NCBI GenBank assembly: GCA_964016885.1
Contig: OZ024743.1
Coordinates: 323,826,001 to 323,890,000 of the forward strand
Source: Eledone cirrhosa
Lineage: Eukaryota
DNA: 64,000 nt
Reading direction: 5' to 3'
Shown: piece by piece, positions 1-12,263 of the stretch
How positions within the stretch are numbered: position 1 is the stretch's first letter
Layout: the number at the start of each line of letters is the position of its first letter
Program-made: the position numbers and the translations under genes
The notes under the pieces: model-generated
What the model was told of the DNA's origin: nothing
Database searches by the model: none
The model's input: the letters and a program-made list of their open reading frames with translations, nothing else

Positions 1-774
1 ACCAACACCACCACCACCACTAACAGCAACAGAAGTACCACCACCACCAACACCATTAACACCACTAACAGCAACAGAAGTACCACCACCACCACCAACA
101 CCACTAACACCACTAACAGCAACAGAAGTACCACCACCAACACCACCACTAACAGAAGTACCACCACCACCACTAACAGCAACAGAAGTACCACCACCAC
201 CACTAATAGCAACAGAAGTACCACCACCACCACCACCACTAACAGAAGTACCACCACCACCACTAACAGCAACAGAAGTACCACCACCACCACTAATAGC
301 AACAGAAGTACCACCACCACCACCACCACCACTAACAGCAACAGAAGTACCACCACCACCACTAACAGCAACAGAAGTACCACCACCACCACTAATAGCA
401 ACAGAAGTACCACCACCACCACCACCACCACTAACAGCAACAGAAGTACCACCACCACCACTAACAGCAACAGAAGTACCACCACCACCACTAACAGCAA
501 CAGAAGTACCACCACCACCAACACTAATACCACTAACAGCAACAGAAGTACCACCACCACCAACACTAATACCACTAACAGCAACAGAAGTACCACCACC
601 ACCAACAACACCATCACTAGCACAAACAACAACACTAATGACACCACCACCAACAATAACATCACTGACATTACCCTCAACACCACTACCACCATCAACA
701 ACAACACCATCATTGACACCATCACTAGCACAAACAACACCAATGACATCATCACCACTACTAACAACAACTAA
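1..774. repeat. Compound triplet tandem repeat (ACC)n-ACTAACAGCAACAGAAGT, decaying into ACC/AAC low-complexity DNA
   Basis: Core ACTAACAGCAACAGAAGT recurs with a variable number of ACC triplets to ~600; runs off the window start. Confidence 0.9.
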
Positions 775-1057
775 AATTGCTAACGACCCATTTATCTATG
801 CTAATTACGCAGAAACATGGAAAAATCTGCATATGATTAGTATATTAGGAGCTTCGTTAGAATATAAATATTATTATCACTGAATTATAATGTAATATAA
901 ATAGAATTACAACAACACAAAATTCAGAGACAACAAGAAATGAATACATAATGTAGAAAGAATGAATAATGGGATGAAAGAGTGTGTATGTGTAAGCATG
1001 TATATTAAAATTGACTTGAGTCACTAGGTGGAGTTTGTTTTAATATGCATGCACACA

Positions 1058-1093
<36 letters not shown>

Positions 1094-1840
1094 CACTAAA
1101 TAGGGCTGTACAATTTTCACACATACATAAATTAGGATGTTATTAAAATATATAAAATGGATGCTCAACTTTATGTATATACTTCAAATATAGGGCAAGA
1201 TTAGGGTCTCACATCTTAGAAATGAAACATTATGGACAAAGGAATGCAAAAAGTGGTGAGCCACTATTTTGGAGAGGACCAGTTCAACTCATGGAAGCAT
1301 GGAAAAACAAAAATAATGATGACTGTTACAGGGGGTATTCCAAAGAAGTGTTCAATTTAAACAATGTGCATTTATCTGAAAACTTCATTTATTAGATCCA
1401 AGGTATACATGTGACAAGCTAACTATAAACTTTCTTCTTTATCTTGAGTTCTTTATCAATTAATATATCATGATTTCATACTGGCATTGATGGTTGGTTG
1501 GGGATTACACACATGTGCCTTGCCTAATGCAAACTACATTTACAATGTGGGTTGGGTGCTTTTTGTTGTGATTCCTACATGACCACTTTACAGTGTGGGC
1601 TGAGTGCTTTTTGCTGTGTCACTATCATGACCACATATATATAAATATATATACATATATATAATCATCATCATCATTTTTTAACATTCACTTACCCAGC
1701 TATCAAGGGTTAGTTTTCACCAACTGGGTCAATTCTGAAGTGGGATTACTAACCTCCCTGACAGACAGGTGATGTAAATCTCTCTTACATACGGTCCCAT
1801 GTTCTACTAAGCGCATTTTCGTAGCACCAACACTATATAT

Positions 1841-1899
<59 letters not shown>

Positions 1900-3019
1900 A
1901 GAAAGTATGACCCCGACGGCAGAGCTCAAGCCGTTTCAATGGCTATTTCAGGACTGGTGCGTTATGGTCCATCTGGTTCCTTACCACAACTCCTTCGTTA
2001 TATATATGTATATATATATACATTTATATATAGGCAGACATATACATATAATCTCCAGTACAGAATCCCTTCACTTGTTTCTCTCCTTTGTTGGGTGTGT
2101 GTGTGTTTGTGTTACAAAGAATAACATGTAAAACTTCTTTTATTCACATTACAAGACAGAAATGGCAATCTTCCTGTTGTTGTGAATGTCATAACCTATA
2201 CCAACTATAGCTGCTATAGCTGCTATTACTTTTTAGTCAACAGAATTCTCTCCAGTTGGTATTTCACCAAGAATCAAACTGCAATAGACCTTTCAAATCA
2301 GATTTTGGCAGCTATTAAACTAGATGTAAATCCATGATGATATTTTATGTTAATTGATTCAATTACCATAAAATACTTCCAATGTGGTATTTTATGGGGG
2401 CTGTTTGTACATTTCTGTGCATTTTTGTACATTTTTTTCTGCATTTTTTGTGCATTTCATTTTATTATAAATTTAGAAATAATCTACCGTAGTCGTCATA
2501 TGAGACATACAAATCAAGGAGTAGAAATCTCTTTGAAGAAACATAAAATGAATTGATGGCTCTGATCCTTCCCAATGGATCGATATTATTGCTAATAGCA
2601 AATCATACAAACTACCATGATGAATCTTTGAAACATATACCTTGATATTATAAATATAATGTGTATGAATGATGTAGCTTGGATGGGCTGAGAGAAAAAC
2701 TGGGCATAAGACGAATTAGATAGTGTGCGTCTGAGAGAAGATTGAATGGACATTGACACGTGATCATATGGATGATAACTGTTGAAAACACTTGACCAAA
2801 ATACCATACAGTGGTATCAAACCAAGAATCTCAGGATTGCAAGGCAAACCTTTTAACCACTCAGTCATACAAGGCTTCAGCAGTTTTCATCAACCTAGTC
2901 TCATCACAAGACTTGGGCTAGCCCAAGACCATTGTAAAATACACTTCTCCAAGATGCCACACAGTGAAGGAAACTTTTTAACCACTGAGCAATGCCAGGC
3001 TTCCACTGACAGGTATTAA

Positions 3020-3905
3020 CCCTTTTCATACCAACCCACCTGAAACTGGATCTATGGTACAAAGCTGTTATTTTTAAGGTGTATATATTTATCTAAAAGC
3101 CTTCCATCATAATTCTAGTTAAGAACCTTTAAGTGATGTTCGAAACACTCTATGAGAAGTGAAGGTGCATCGCCTAGTGATTAGGGTGTTTGACTCATGA
3201 TTATAAGGTTGTGGGTTTGATTCCTGGACCGTGTGGTGCATTGTGTTCTTGAGCAAGATGCTTCAATTCACATTGCTTTTCATGATAGAATTGAGGCAAC
3301 TTATTCTTCTTTGCCCACTTATTCCTGGGAGGGCCATGGGGTAAAAGTCCTCAAACATGCTTTCCAGTGTGTTCTGCCAGTAGCAACTATCTCTAATTGA
3401 TCTGGCTGGGCTTCCAAGCAAGAGCAGTCAAGGTTGTGGATGTTATTCAACCATCTTGCTTGGAGTCTATGCCTGAGTCTCCTGAAAGTTGGTTTTATTC
3501 ATAAAATGTGCCCAGCAATTCATTCCTCAGACATTCTGACCACATCTGTGGTCACCCAATTCAGACAAGTAGCAGCTCTACCTGGAGCGACCCTCTGATC
3601 TTGAAGCTATGCATTCTGTCAAGTAACATTATTCCAAAGACCCCATTTTGGGCCCTTGTATTTGTGATCGTATTCTTTTGGTCATTATGGCCCCGAGATA
3701 CTTGAACTTTTCCACCAACTTCAGTGGAACTCTCCACTCAGAAGACACAAAGAGGGTTCAGAAGAGAAGAAACCCTAGCAATTGGCAACTGAAACATTAA
3801 ACCTTACAGGTAAGGAGCAGGAACTAGTAGTTAATCCTTCAAAATTTTTCCTAATTTTCAAAATTAATGGCAATGTATTTCATTTGAAATATGGTAACGA
3901 AAGGG
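3020..3905. mobile_element. piggyBac-type MITE family 2, interrupted by a tRNA-SINE head (~3163-3280) and a reverse RTE fragment (~3300-3700)
   Basis: TTAA|CCCTTTT at 3016-3026 and AAAGGG|TTAA at 3900-3909; outer parts resemble the reverse complement of the copy at 59377-59628. Confidence 0.55.
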
Positions 3906-5114
3906 TTAAAGAGAAGTAATAATATTCTAACATATCCTATATATGAGTCACAGCAGTCACATTACCCCTCCCCTTCACTAAAGCATCCCCACCCTATTTT
4001 CTGATAAGTTTATTAGTTCTTGATCAAAACATTACCTGCCTGTAAATCAAATACACACACCCTTAATCAAAACACTTACATTACATTCCTAGCCCAAATA
4101 CATTACATCAAGTGTATCTTAAGGGGCGTATATCAAGGTTAAAGAAAAATTAACCCTTTCGTGATCAGATTTCTAATGAAAAACTTCTATATTTCAATTA
4201 GTTAATTAATGAAGAATTTTGAGGGATTTATGAAAATTAATCATTATTTCATTACTAGGATAGTAACTCAATATATAGTTCTTATATAAAATTATGTTGG
4301 ACGATATTAATTTAAATAGGAACACTGTGTTTCAGTAAATTAATGAAGATTTTGTGGGATTTACAAAAATTATTAATTATTTCATTACTAAGAAAGTAAC
4401 TTAACATATGGTTCTTATGTAGAATTATGCTGGGAGATTTTAATTTAAATAGGAGTCCTTTAAAATAGAAGATTTTGTCTCTTAGAAACCAGAGTCAGGT
4501 TTTGGCCGGGTTGGTATCAACATGGTTACATACACAAACATATATATACTGATAATAACACTACTATCTCATGTCCTTTGTAAGCCATCAGATGGCTGTT
4601 ACGTCATAGTCTCAATAGATAAAACTGTGAAAGTATTATCCTGGAGGATAGTGAGAGAGATGTGTTAAAATACATTACTCCCCCTCTAACTATAGTAACA
4701 AACCCACCCACTATTAAATATGTTAACCACACCCCAAGACTAGTTTCATAAAATAATGATAGAATTGAATGGAAACTGATGTAAGGGTATCTGTATTCCT
4801 TAACCCTTTCATTACCATATTTCTAATGAAAGATACTGAGTATGATTTTCCAAATAATTTTGAAAATAATCAAGAATTTGAAGGGACTTAGTAATATAAC
4901 TAACTTTCTCATTATTCAGCTGGTGTTTAAAATAAATATTCTTACATAAAATTATGATGGAAAGTTAACATTTAAGCCATTTTAACCCTTTCATTAGCAT
5001 ATTTCTAACGAAAGACACTACCTATGATTTTCAAATCATTTTGAAAATAATCATGAATTTGGAGAGATTTAGTAATATAACTGTTTTATTATTCAACTTG
5101 TGTTTGAAACTTAA

Positions 5115-5384
5115 CCCTTTAGCATTTACATTACTATATATTTACTATTATATTTTCACAGTAAATACTTTACCGAATCTATGAGCTTTTGATATTATTT
5201 ATTTATTATTTATTATTTTGATATTATTTACACAGTAAATGCTTTATCGAATCTATGAGCTTTTGATATTATTTATTTTGAGAATAATACCTTAACAGTA
5301 GTATGAGTGATTGGTTATGGCCAGTTTGAACAGAAAGAAGTGAGAGAATTCTGGCCAGATACAGCCAGTTTAAATGCTAAAGGG
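5115..5384. mobile_element. piggyBac-type MITE family 1 nested in a family-2 MITE
   Basis: TTAA|CCCTTTAGCATTTA...TAAATGCTAAAGGG|TTAA: 14-bp TIRs and TTAA duplication; internal ~70-bp duplication. Confidence 0.8.
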
Positions 5385-5826
5385 TTAAAGGTTTTACATA
5401 AAATTATGATAGGTTTTATATAAATATAAACATGTTAAAACAGTTTTGAATTGAAGAAGCAAGACTGGTTTTGGTATCTCTTAATATTAACAGACACATT
5501 TTCCCGAAGTCAGTTCAACAATTAAATAGGGGTTTCAATCTAACTTGTTCTTTCAATGTCTCAGAAAACCATGAAGTTTCAACAATTGGTAAATGGCAAT
5601 TTAATACTGAAATCTCTGGAGAATTTCGCTTATTGGAATAATGGTGGATAAGAACTCTCCCTCCCCACCCTTCCCTCTCTACATAAGGGTGTGTGTGTGT
5701 GTGTATTTATACACACACACACATATATATATATACATACACGTACACACACACACACGCATACATATATATATAATACACACATATATATATATATACA
5801 CACACATACATATATAAACACATACA

Positions 5827-5880
<54 letters not shown>

Positions 5881-6837
5881 CATGTGTCTATGTCTTTGTA
5901 TGTATATATATATGCATACACCCATGCTAGCGTGGAAGATGGACGTTAAACGAAGATGATGATGATGATACATAGTGGATGTAAAATCACAAAAAAACTG
6001 ATATGTGTGTGCGTGATGCATTTAGAGATTTTAGTGAAGAATCTTCAATCTATATAGTTGATACCAAGATGAAATAACACTCCAGAGACACCAATATTTC
6101 CACCTCACCTTCTCACACACAACAAATATAATCCAATGTATTTTGATTTTTTTTTTTTACTTCCCTTAACCTGCCACATATATCAATTCTTTATACACAG
6201 CTCCTTCCTTCCTTCCTTATATACTGACCTGATGGTGATGATGATGATCACACACACACACACAATATACACATACTTCCTTCCCTGTTGTTATAAATGA
6301 TGATGATGATGATGATCTCACACACCATCATCAACATCATCATGCACAATATATACACATATACTTCCTTCCCAGTTATATATTGACATGATGATGATGA
6401 TGATGATGATCTCACACACACACACAATATACATATACTTCCTTCCCAATTGTATACTGACCGGATAATGATGATCACACACACACACAATAAATATATA
6501 GACTTCCTTCCCAGTTGTATATATTAGCAAAAATAATCATTCTGACTTCATTTTTTTTTTTCATTTTTCCTGATGTTTTTTCTCTATATTTTTATTTATT
6601 TATATATGCTCAAGAATGGGAAATCAATGCCACATCTAATAGAGGAATGAAATATTAACATCACTGAAAAATATCAAAATGTGGGAGGTCAAAGGTATTG
6701 GGGCAGAACAATTTCCTAAAATGTTTCCACAACGTAGTCAGGAAACAGTTAACAATGATGCTATTTCTTTTCTGTGTCCCTTACCCATTCAATTAACCCC
6801 TTTTATACAAACCCTGAATGAAAGCCCCTTGCTTCAT

Positions 6838-7227
6838 CATCATCATTTTACATCTGTTTTCTATGCTTGCATGGGTTGGACAGGCTGTCATGATCTATGA
6901 CTAAAACAGATCAGATGATTATATCTTTCTTATGTTTCCTTCTGTCATGGTTTCAACAGCTGGATAATCTTTCTAATACCAACCACATTACAGAGCATAC
7001 TGTGTGCATTTTATCACTGCACCAACATGATCATTTTACAACATGAACTGGGTGCATTTTATTATGACACCAGCACAACCAGTTTACTGAGTGTATTGGG
7101 TGTATTTTATTTTGGCACCAGCACAACCACTTTACAGAGTGTACTGGGTGTGTTTTATTATGGCACCAGCACAATTACTTTACTGAGTGTACTGGGTGCA
7201 TTTTATCATGGCACCAGCACAACCACT
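6838..7227 (-). mobile_element. RTE 3'-end-derived repeat with (GAT)n tail and ~4 copies of the 48-bp module
   Basis: Same tail and GGTGCATTTT/ACCAGCAC/TTTACAG module as the 3' regions of the RTE copies at 10095 and 44800. Confidence 0.65.
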
Positions 7228-7473
7228 TAGAGATATCTTCTTTGTATGTATGAACCTGTTACTCCTGATTGAGCCATAGGGCTGTTGTCATGACATATAG
7301 CATGACTTTGGCACTTTAAACCTACAGGTCTTGTTATCTTCTTTCGAGCAACATATAACAGTATCCCATAGGTTTTTGGTAGCCTGGCAGAAGCTTTCAA
7401 AGTTTGGGAGTTGTATTTGTTTGGCAAGTGACTTGATCTGAGGCTATGTTGGAACAGAAGTAATTACATCATA

Positions 7474-7663
7474 GAAGAGTCATTTGAGCTATTCAAAAAC
7501 ACAGAAAGTCAAATTCACTTTACAAATTATCATTTATTATTTGGTGTCAACATTTTCATTGCAGTGTTGCGAGAGTTCTGCTGAGTTGACACCAAGAAAT
7601 AAATTATATATGCCAAGTGAATTTAACAGTTTTTGTGTTCTTCAATGGTTAAAATGATTCTTC
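7474..7663. repeat. Diverged long inverted repeat (foldback/MITE-like)
   Basis: Arm 7474-7551 matches the reverse complement of 7585-7663 (e.g. AAATTCACTT, TTGGTGTCAAC). Confidence 0.7.
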
Positions 7664-8963
7664 CACAATGTAATTTCTTAAAATGCTTCAACAAGTTTTC
7701 ATGAAGCAGTTATCAATGTTACTATCTATCTCTCACCCCCTCTATTAACCTTTTTAATACCAACTAGCCAGAAAATGCTCCTGGTTCTATGATGCAAAAC
7801 TGTTTATTTTAAAGTGTTTATATTTATCTAAAAACTTTCTATCATGATTTTATGTAAGAGCCTTTGTTAAGTTATATTCTAAATGCCAGTTAAATATACA
7901 TTTGTCTTTTGTTATGTACCAAACACCATCTTAATCCTTGTTAAACGAAACATCTGGAATTGCCAATGGTTCTATGAAACAAAACTGTTTGCTTTAAAGT
8001 ATTTATATATATATCTAAAACCTTCCGTCATAATTTTATGTAAATTCCTTTATTGAGAAAATTAGTTATTTTATTAAATTCCTTCAAATGTTTGATTATT
8101 TTCAAATTAATTGAAACACATTGGCAGCATTTTTCATGAGAAATATTGTAATAAAAGGGATGGATAAATAACTGATCTAATATCCAAGTTCTATAATAAT
8201 AATTCTAAGGTGCAGGGAAAGAAAGGAGCTGATCATTAAATCAGACCAAAGAAACAATGTTTCCATTGGTCTTTCCATTGCTGACACTATCTGCCTGTCA
8301 CAACTCTTGGGCAGAAGGATACTAACTCTTTAAGAATTCCACTAATTTACCAACCCTGGGCTGGTACATTTTTGTTAACTTCAAAAGGATGAAAAGCCAA
8401 ATTACCCTCAATGAGATTTGAAGTCAGAGTGCAGGGATTCGGATAAAATACAGAGGTATTTAATCTGATTCCCTGACAACTTCAATGGACAAATTCAATG
8501 GATAAAAATATCTGAGGAAACCATATTTTTGTAGTCAATATTGTTTATATATATAATTATTTAATTTATTTAAAACAGATTTACATGAAATTTATAATAC
8601 AATAGTGAAAAATAGCTTAATATGATTAACCATAATTACAGTAATAAGCAATTAAAAACAATAACAATAGTAATAATAGTAAGGAAGTATTGGAGAAGAT
8701 ATTAGGAATAGAGAAGTGTGGAACTATGAGTGTTTAGGAATATATTTGTTATGTACCAAACACCATTGAATAATTCACTCATGTATTATATCAGCAAAAC
8801 AATGATTTTATACATTTGGTACAAGGTCCATAGATTTATGGGCGATGAAGAGGAATAGGTGGATTAGGAAGAGGCTTGGGAGAGAAGGTTACTGTTACTG
8901 CCACTGATCTTATGAAGTTGTAAGGTCACCATCAGGACATACGACATGTCTCTGGCATTTTAA

Positions 8964-9156
8964 CCCTTTAGCATTTACATTACTCAATATATACTATTGT
9001 ATTTTCACAGTAAAGGCTTTACCTCACATAATATTGAATCTATGAGATTTTGAGAACAATACCTTAACATAAGTATGTGTGGTTGGTTACAGCCGGTTTG
9101 AACAGAAAGAGGTCAGAGAATTCTGGCCAGATATGGCCGGTTTAAATGCTAAAGAA
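8964..9156. mobile_element. piggyBac-type MITE family 1
   Basis: TTAA|CCCTTTAGCATTTA...TAAATGCTAAAGAA|TTAA; body matches 5115-5384. Confidence 0.75.
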
Positions 9157-9684
9157 TTAAACCTGGCACCGCCCATTCTTCTTCAGATTTCATTGTAGCT
9201 AATTTCTTCTTCTTCTGAGAGAGGTGGGAGAAGACTCAAACTTTGGTATTTTATTTATCGATCTCAAAAGATTGATAAAAAAAAATTGACCTTTGTGATT
9301 TGCACCGAGGGGGCAGAAAGTTGGAATAAATACTGCAGAGCATTCTATCTCATGTCCTAATGGCTCTACCATTTCACTGGCTCAGCAAGAGAGGAGGTGT
9401 TGAATAAAAGCAGTATACAGCTGCTAGGTGAATGGGCAGAAACTTTTAAAAGTCAGATGGGATACTTTGCAATATCTATTCTGGCTGTGTGTGTTCTGAG
9501 TTCAAATCCCATTTCATATTACCTGAAAAGCAGAGATGTTTCTACCAGGAATTACAACTGATGGATAATATAGCCCTTCCCGAGCTGACTGACCTCTCAA
9601 GGGAAGTAATTTGTCTAAAAACATGATGAACATTTTCAAATATCAATGTTCGTGACATTTTGGACTTTGCTGTAAATGGAAACA

Positions 9685-9905
9685 ATTGTTTCTATTCTAG
9701 GCACAAGGCCAGCAATTTGAAGGAAAGGGGAAGTCGATTAAATCAACTCCAGTGCATTACTGGTGCTTTATTTTAATAACCCTGGAAGGATGAAAGGCAA
9801 AGCTAACCGCAGCGAGATTTGAACTCAGAATGTAAAGGGCTGTAACCGTATGTCACAAGGCATGTTATCTGAAGCTCTACCAGTACTGCCAATCCACCGT
9901 CCTTG
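9685..9905 (-). mobile_element. tRNA-derived SINE family A
   Basis: Minus strand: A box (TGGCAGTACTGG), B box (GAGTTCAAATC), central GCCTTTCATCCTT...AAAATAA domain, GGCCTTGTGCC...AACAATT tail. Other copies near 12395, 15728, 15975, 29813, 47780, 55125, 56390, 61575-62320, 63318. Confidence 0.75.
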
Positions 9906-10094
9906 TAAGTGGAATTAATGATTAGACAGCTGGAACAAATACCACAAAGCATTCTATCTGATGTTCTAACAGATCCTCCAATCCACTATCTAGTAAAGGT
10001 CGCACAAAAATTTGAATTAACAAACTTTAGCTCAGTTGAAATAATTTAAACCCTTCTGTTACAATTTATGTTTGATTATTTCAGTGAATCTATT

Positions 10095-11028
10095 CATCAT
10101 CATCATCATCATCATCATCATCGTTTAACGTCCATCTTCCACGCTTGCATGGGTTTGGACAGGAATTTTCCCACGTGAGGCAAGATTGGTTGTCTTGCTC
10201 GTATAGGACTGTGTTGCTCGTTTTCTACGGCTGGATGCCCTTCCTAACACCAACCACATTTACAGTGTGGACTGGGAGGTTTTTACCGTGTTACCTACAC
10301 GGCCACATTACAGCGTGGACTGTGTTTTTTTGTCGTGACACCTACATGACCTCATTTGTTTCGGACTGGTTGTTGTGGTACCAACATAACTTTACATTGA
10401 AAGGGGTGGTGTGGATGGGGTGGGGGTAGTGGGACGAGGGTGTGTTTTTGTTAGAGGTGCCTACTGACTGTAGGTTTCGCTTTGTACTTAGACAAGGCGG
10501 GTCTTCTGTATTATTGTGTAGCGCCAAAGATTTCGGTCCAGTGACATTGTCTTGGAGAGGTGTAAGTGTGTGAGGTCGGAATTTATCAAGTCGTCCCAGG
10601 TTTTTCTCGGTCTGCCTACTCCGTGGCTACCGTCTATTTTTATCGCCCTGCACTTTGTTATACAGCTGTCGTCTTTCATGCGTATCACGTGACCATACCG
10701 ATGTAGTCTTCTCTCGAGTAAACAACATCTGATCCCACTTATTCCTAATTTCTCCCTTAGTTCGTTTATGCTTTGCCGTTCACGTATATTACTATTACAC
10801 ATCCAGCGGAGCATGCAAGCTTCGTTCCTCTCCAGTCTGCGTATATCCTCTGCACACAATGCCCAAGTTTCACTGCCATGTAACATTGCTGTTCGTATAC
10901 AGGCATCATACAAGCTGCCTTTCATTTTTAGAGAGAACCCTTTAGCGGCCAATAGTGGTATAAGCTCTCTGAACTTTTTCCATCCCGTTCTGACTCTAGC
11001 TACTGTACTTTCAGAGCACCCTCCACCT
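10095..11028 (-). mobile_element. 5'-truncated RTE-clade LINE (ORF C-terminus, long 3' region, (GAT)n tail)
   Basis: ORF 10488-10952 has RTE motifs MLHGSETW, RRLHRYGHV, GRPRKTW and is highly similar to 44815-45744; (CAT)n at 10095-10121. Confidence 0.9.
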
Positions 11029-11829
11029 ATTGTGTGTTTAATTCTTTTGATATCAAACCCACTTTAACCATTTGTAACCACATTTCGAATAACATACAAT
11101 GTATTTCAATGAATTAAGAATTTGGAGTAATTAACTAAAATTGTTAATTTCACATAACAAAAAATTATTTTATATGAAATTATGTTGGGAGGTTTTAATT
11201 TAAGTAGGAACCACTTAAAATATGTTGTTTTGTTTCATAGAACAATAGGTAGTTTTGGCTAGGTTGATATCAAAAGAGTTAAACAAATAAAATAAAATAA
11301 ACAACATTGAATTGTATACAAAGCATCAGGGTAATTTTAAAATTTGGAAGTATGTTTTCTTTTTGTAAAGGCTCCACAATGCAAGATAATAAAATAGTTG
11401 AATGGTCAGGTAAATAACTCCTAGAGACAGAAAAAAGTGGACAGAGCCACATGAGGGAAACAAAATATGTTACTCCCATGTGTGACACCATTACATTAGT
11501 AGTGGATCTATCCACTCCCCTCACATCTCCTGGGGTTATTTACTTGACTTATTTAACTATTTCATAGTTAATCTGAGGCCCGTGAAAGGAAGAGAAAGGC
11601 ATCAACAGCTGCCCCAAGCGACTCCGGTCTCTTCCCCTGTCCCCAGACCTGCAAGTCAAGGATCGGCCTCCACAGCCATCTTCGTGCCCACGGCAGACGG
11701 GAACTAAAATAAAGATGTCATCATCGTTTACGATGGACAACCAAGAAGAGTTAAACTGTGTAGTGGCAGCTTTACAAAAAGCAAACATACTTTCAAATAT
11801 ATATTAAATAAATACATAAAATAACTTAC

Positions 11830-12263
11830 TCAAATCCACGAAGCTTCAGTTCCTGGAATGAGGGTGGATACAATGGTTTAGATGCCGTAGTAACGTTTTT
11901 AGCCTGGTGGTTCCATTTTTGAGCTGTCCATGCATTACTACGGGCATTTTTACCATTGCAGGAAGTACGGCATTCATCTTCACCTTCTTCCAAAGAATTT
12001 GAGAGGCTAAGAAGCCAGAAATTGTCCTGGAAATCATCAATACCTCTAGGTGGCATTGGTATCTCCTTCCGGCAAATTGGACAGCAAAAACGCATAGAGT
12101 TTTTGTCAGGATTTTTTCGAACATAATCTTTTAGGCATTCTGCACAAAATGAATGCAAGCAAGGAAGGGCTTTAGGTTTTACATAAGGTTCAAAACAAAT
12201 TTTACATTCCAGAAATTCTTCCTGTATCTTCTCCTTTAAAGTGTATTGGCCAGCTTTAGCCAT
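11830..12263 (-). CDS. Coding exon of a RING-HC (C3HC4) E3 ubiquitin ligase with TRIM2/3/45/56-like N-terminus; exon 11830-12274; gene continues toward lower coordinates
   Basis: MAKAGQ...IQEEFLECKICFEPYVKPKALPCLHSFCAECL...CPICRKEIPMPPRGIDDFQDNF; acceptor ttttttttgcAG at 12275-12276; donor GA|GTAAGT at 11830/11829 (phase 2). The ORF-track start (12320) and stop (11826) fall in introns. Confidence 0.9.

Noticed and set aside
1-883. Mucin-like Thr/Asn-rich exon (frame 1 open to 774) and ORF 638-883
   Set aside because: Triplet repeats stay open by construction; no splice or domain evidence; similar low-complexity tracts occur at 23270-23700 and 49220-49520.
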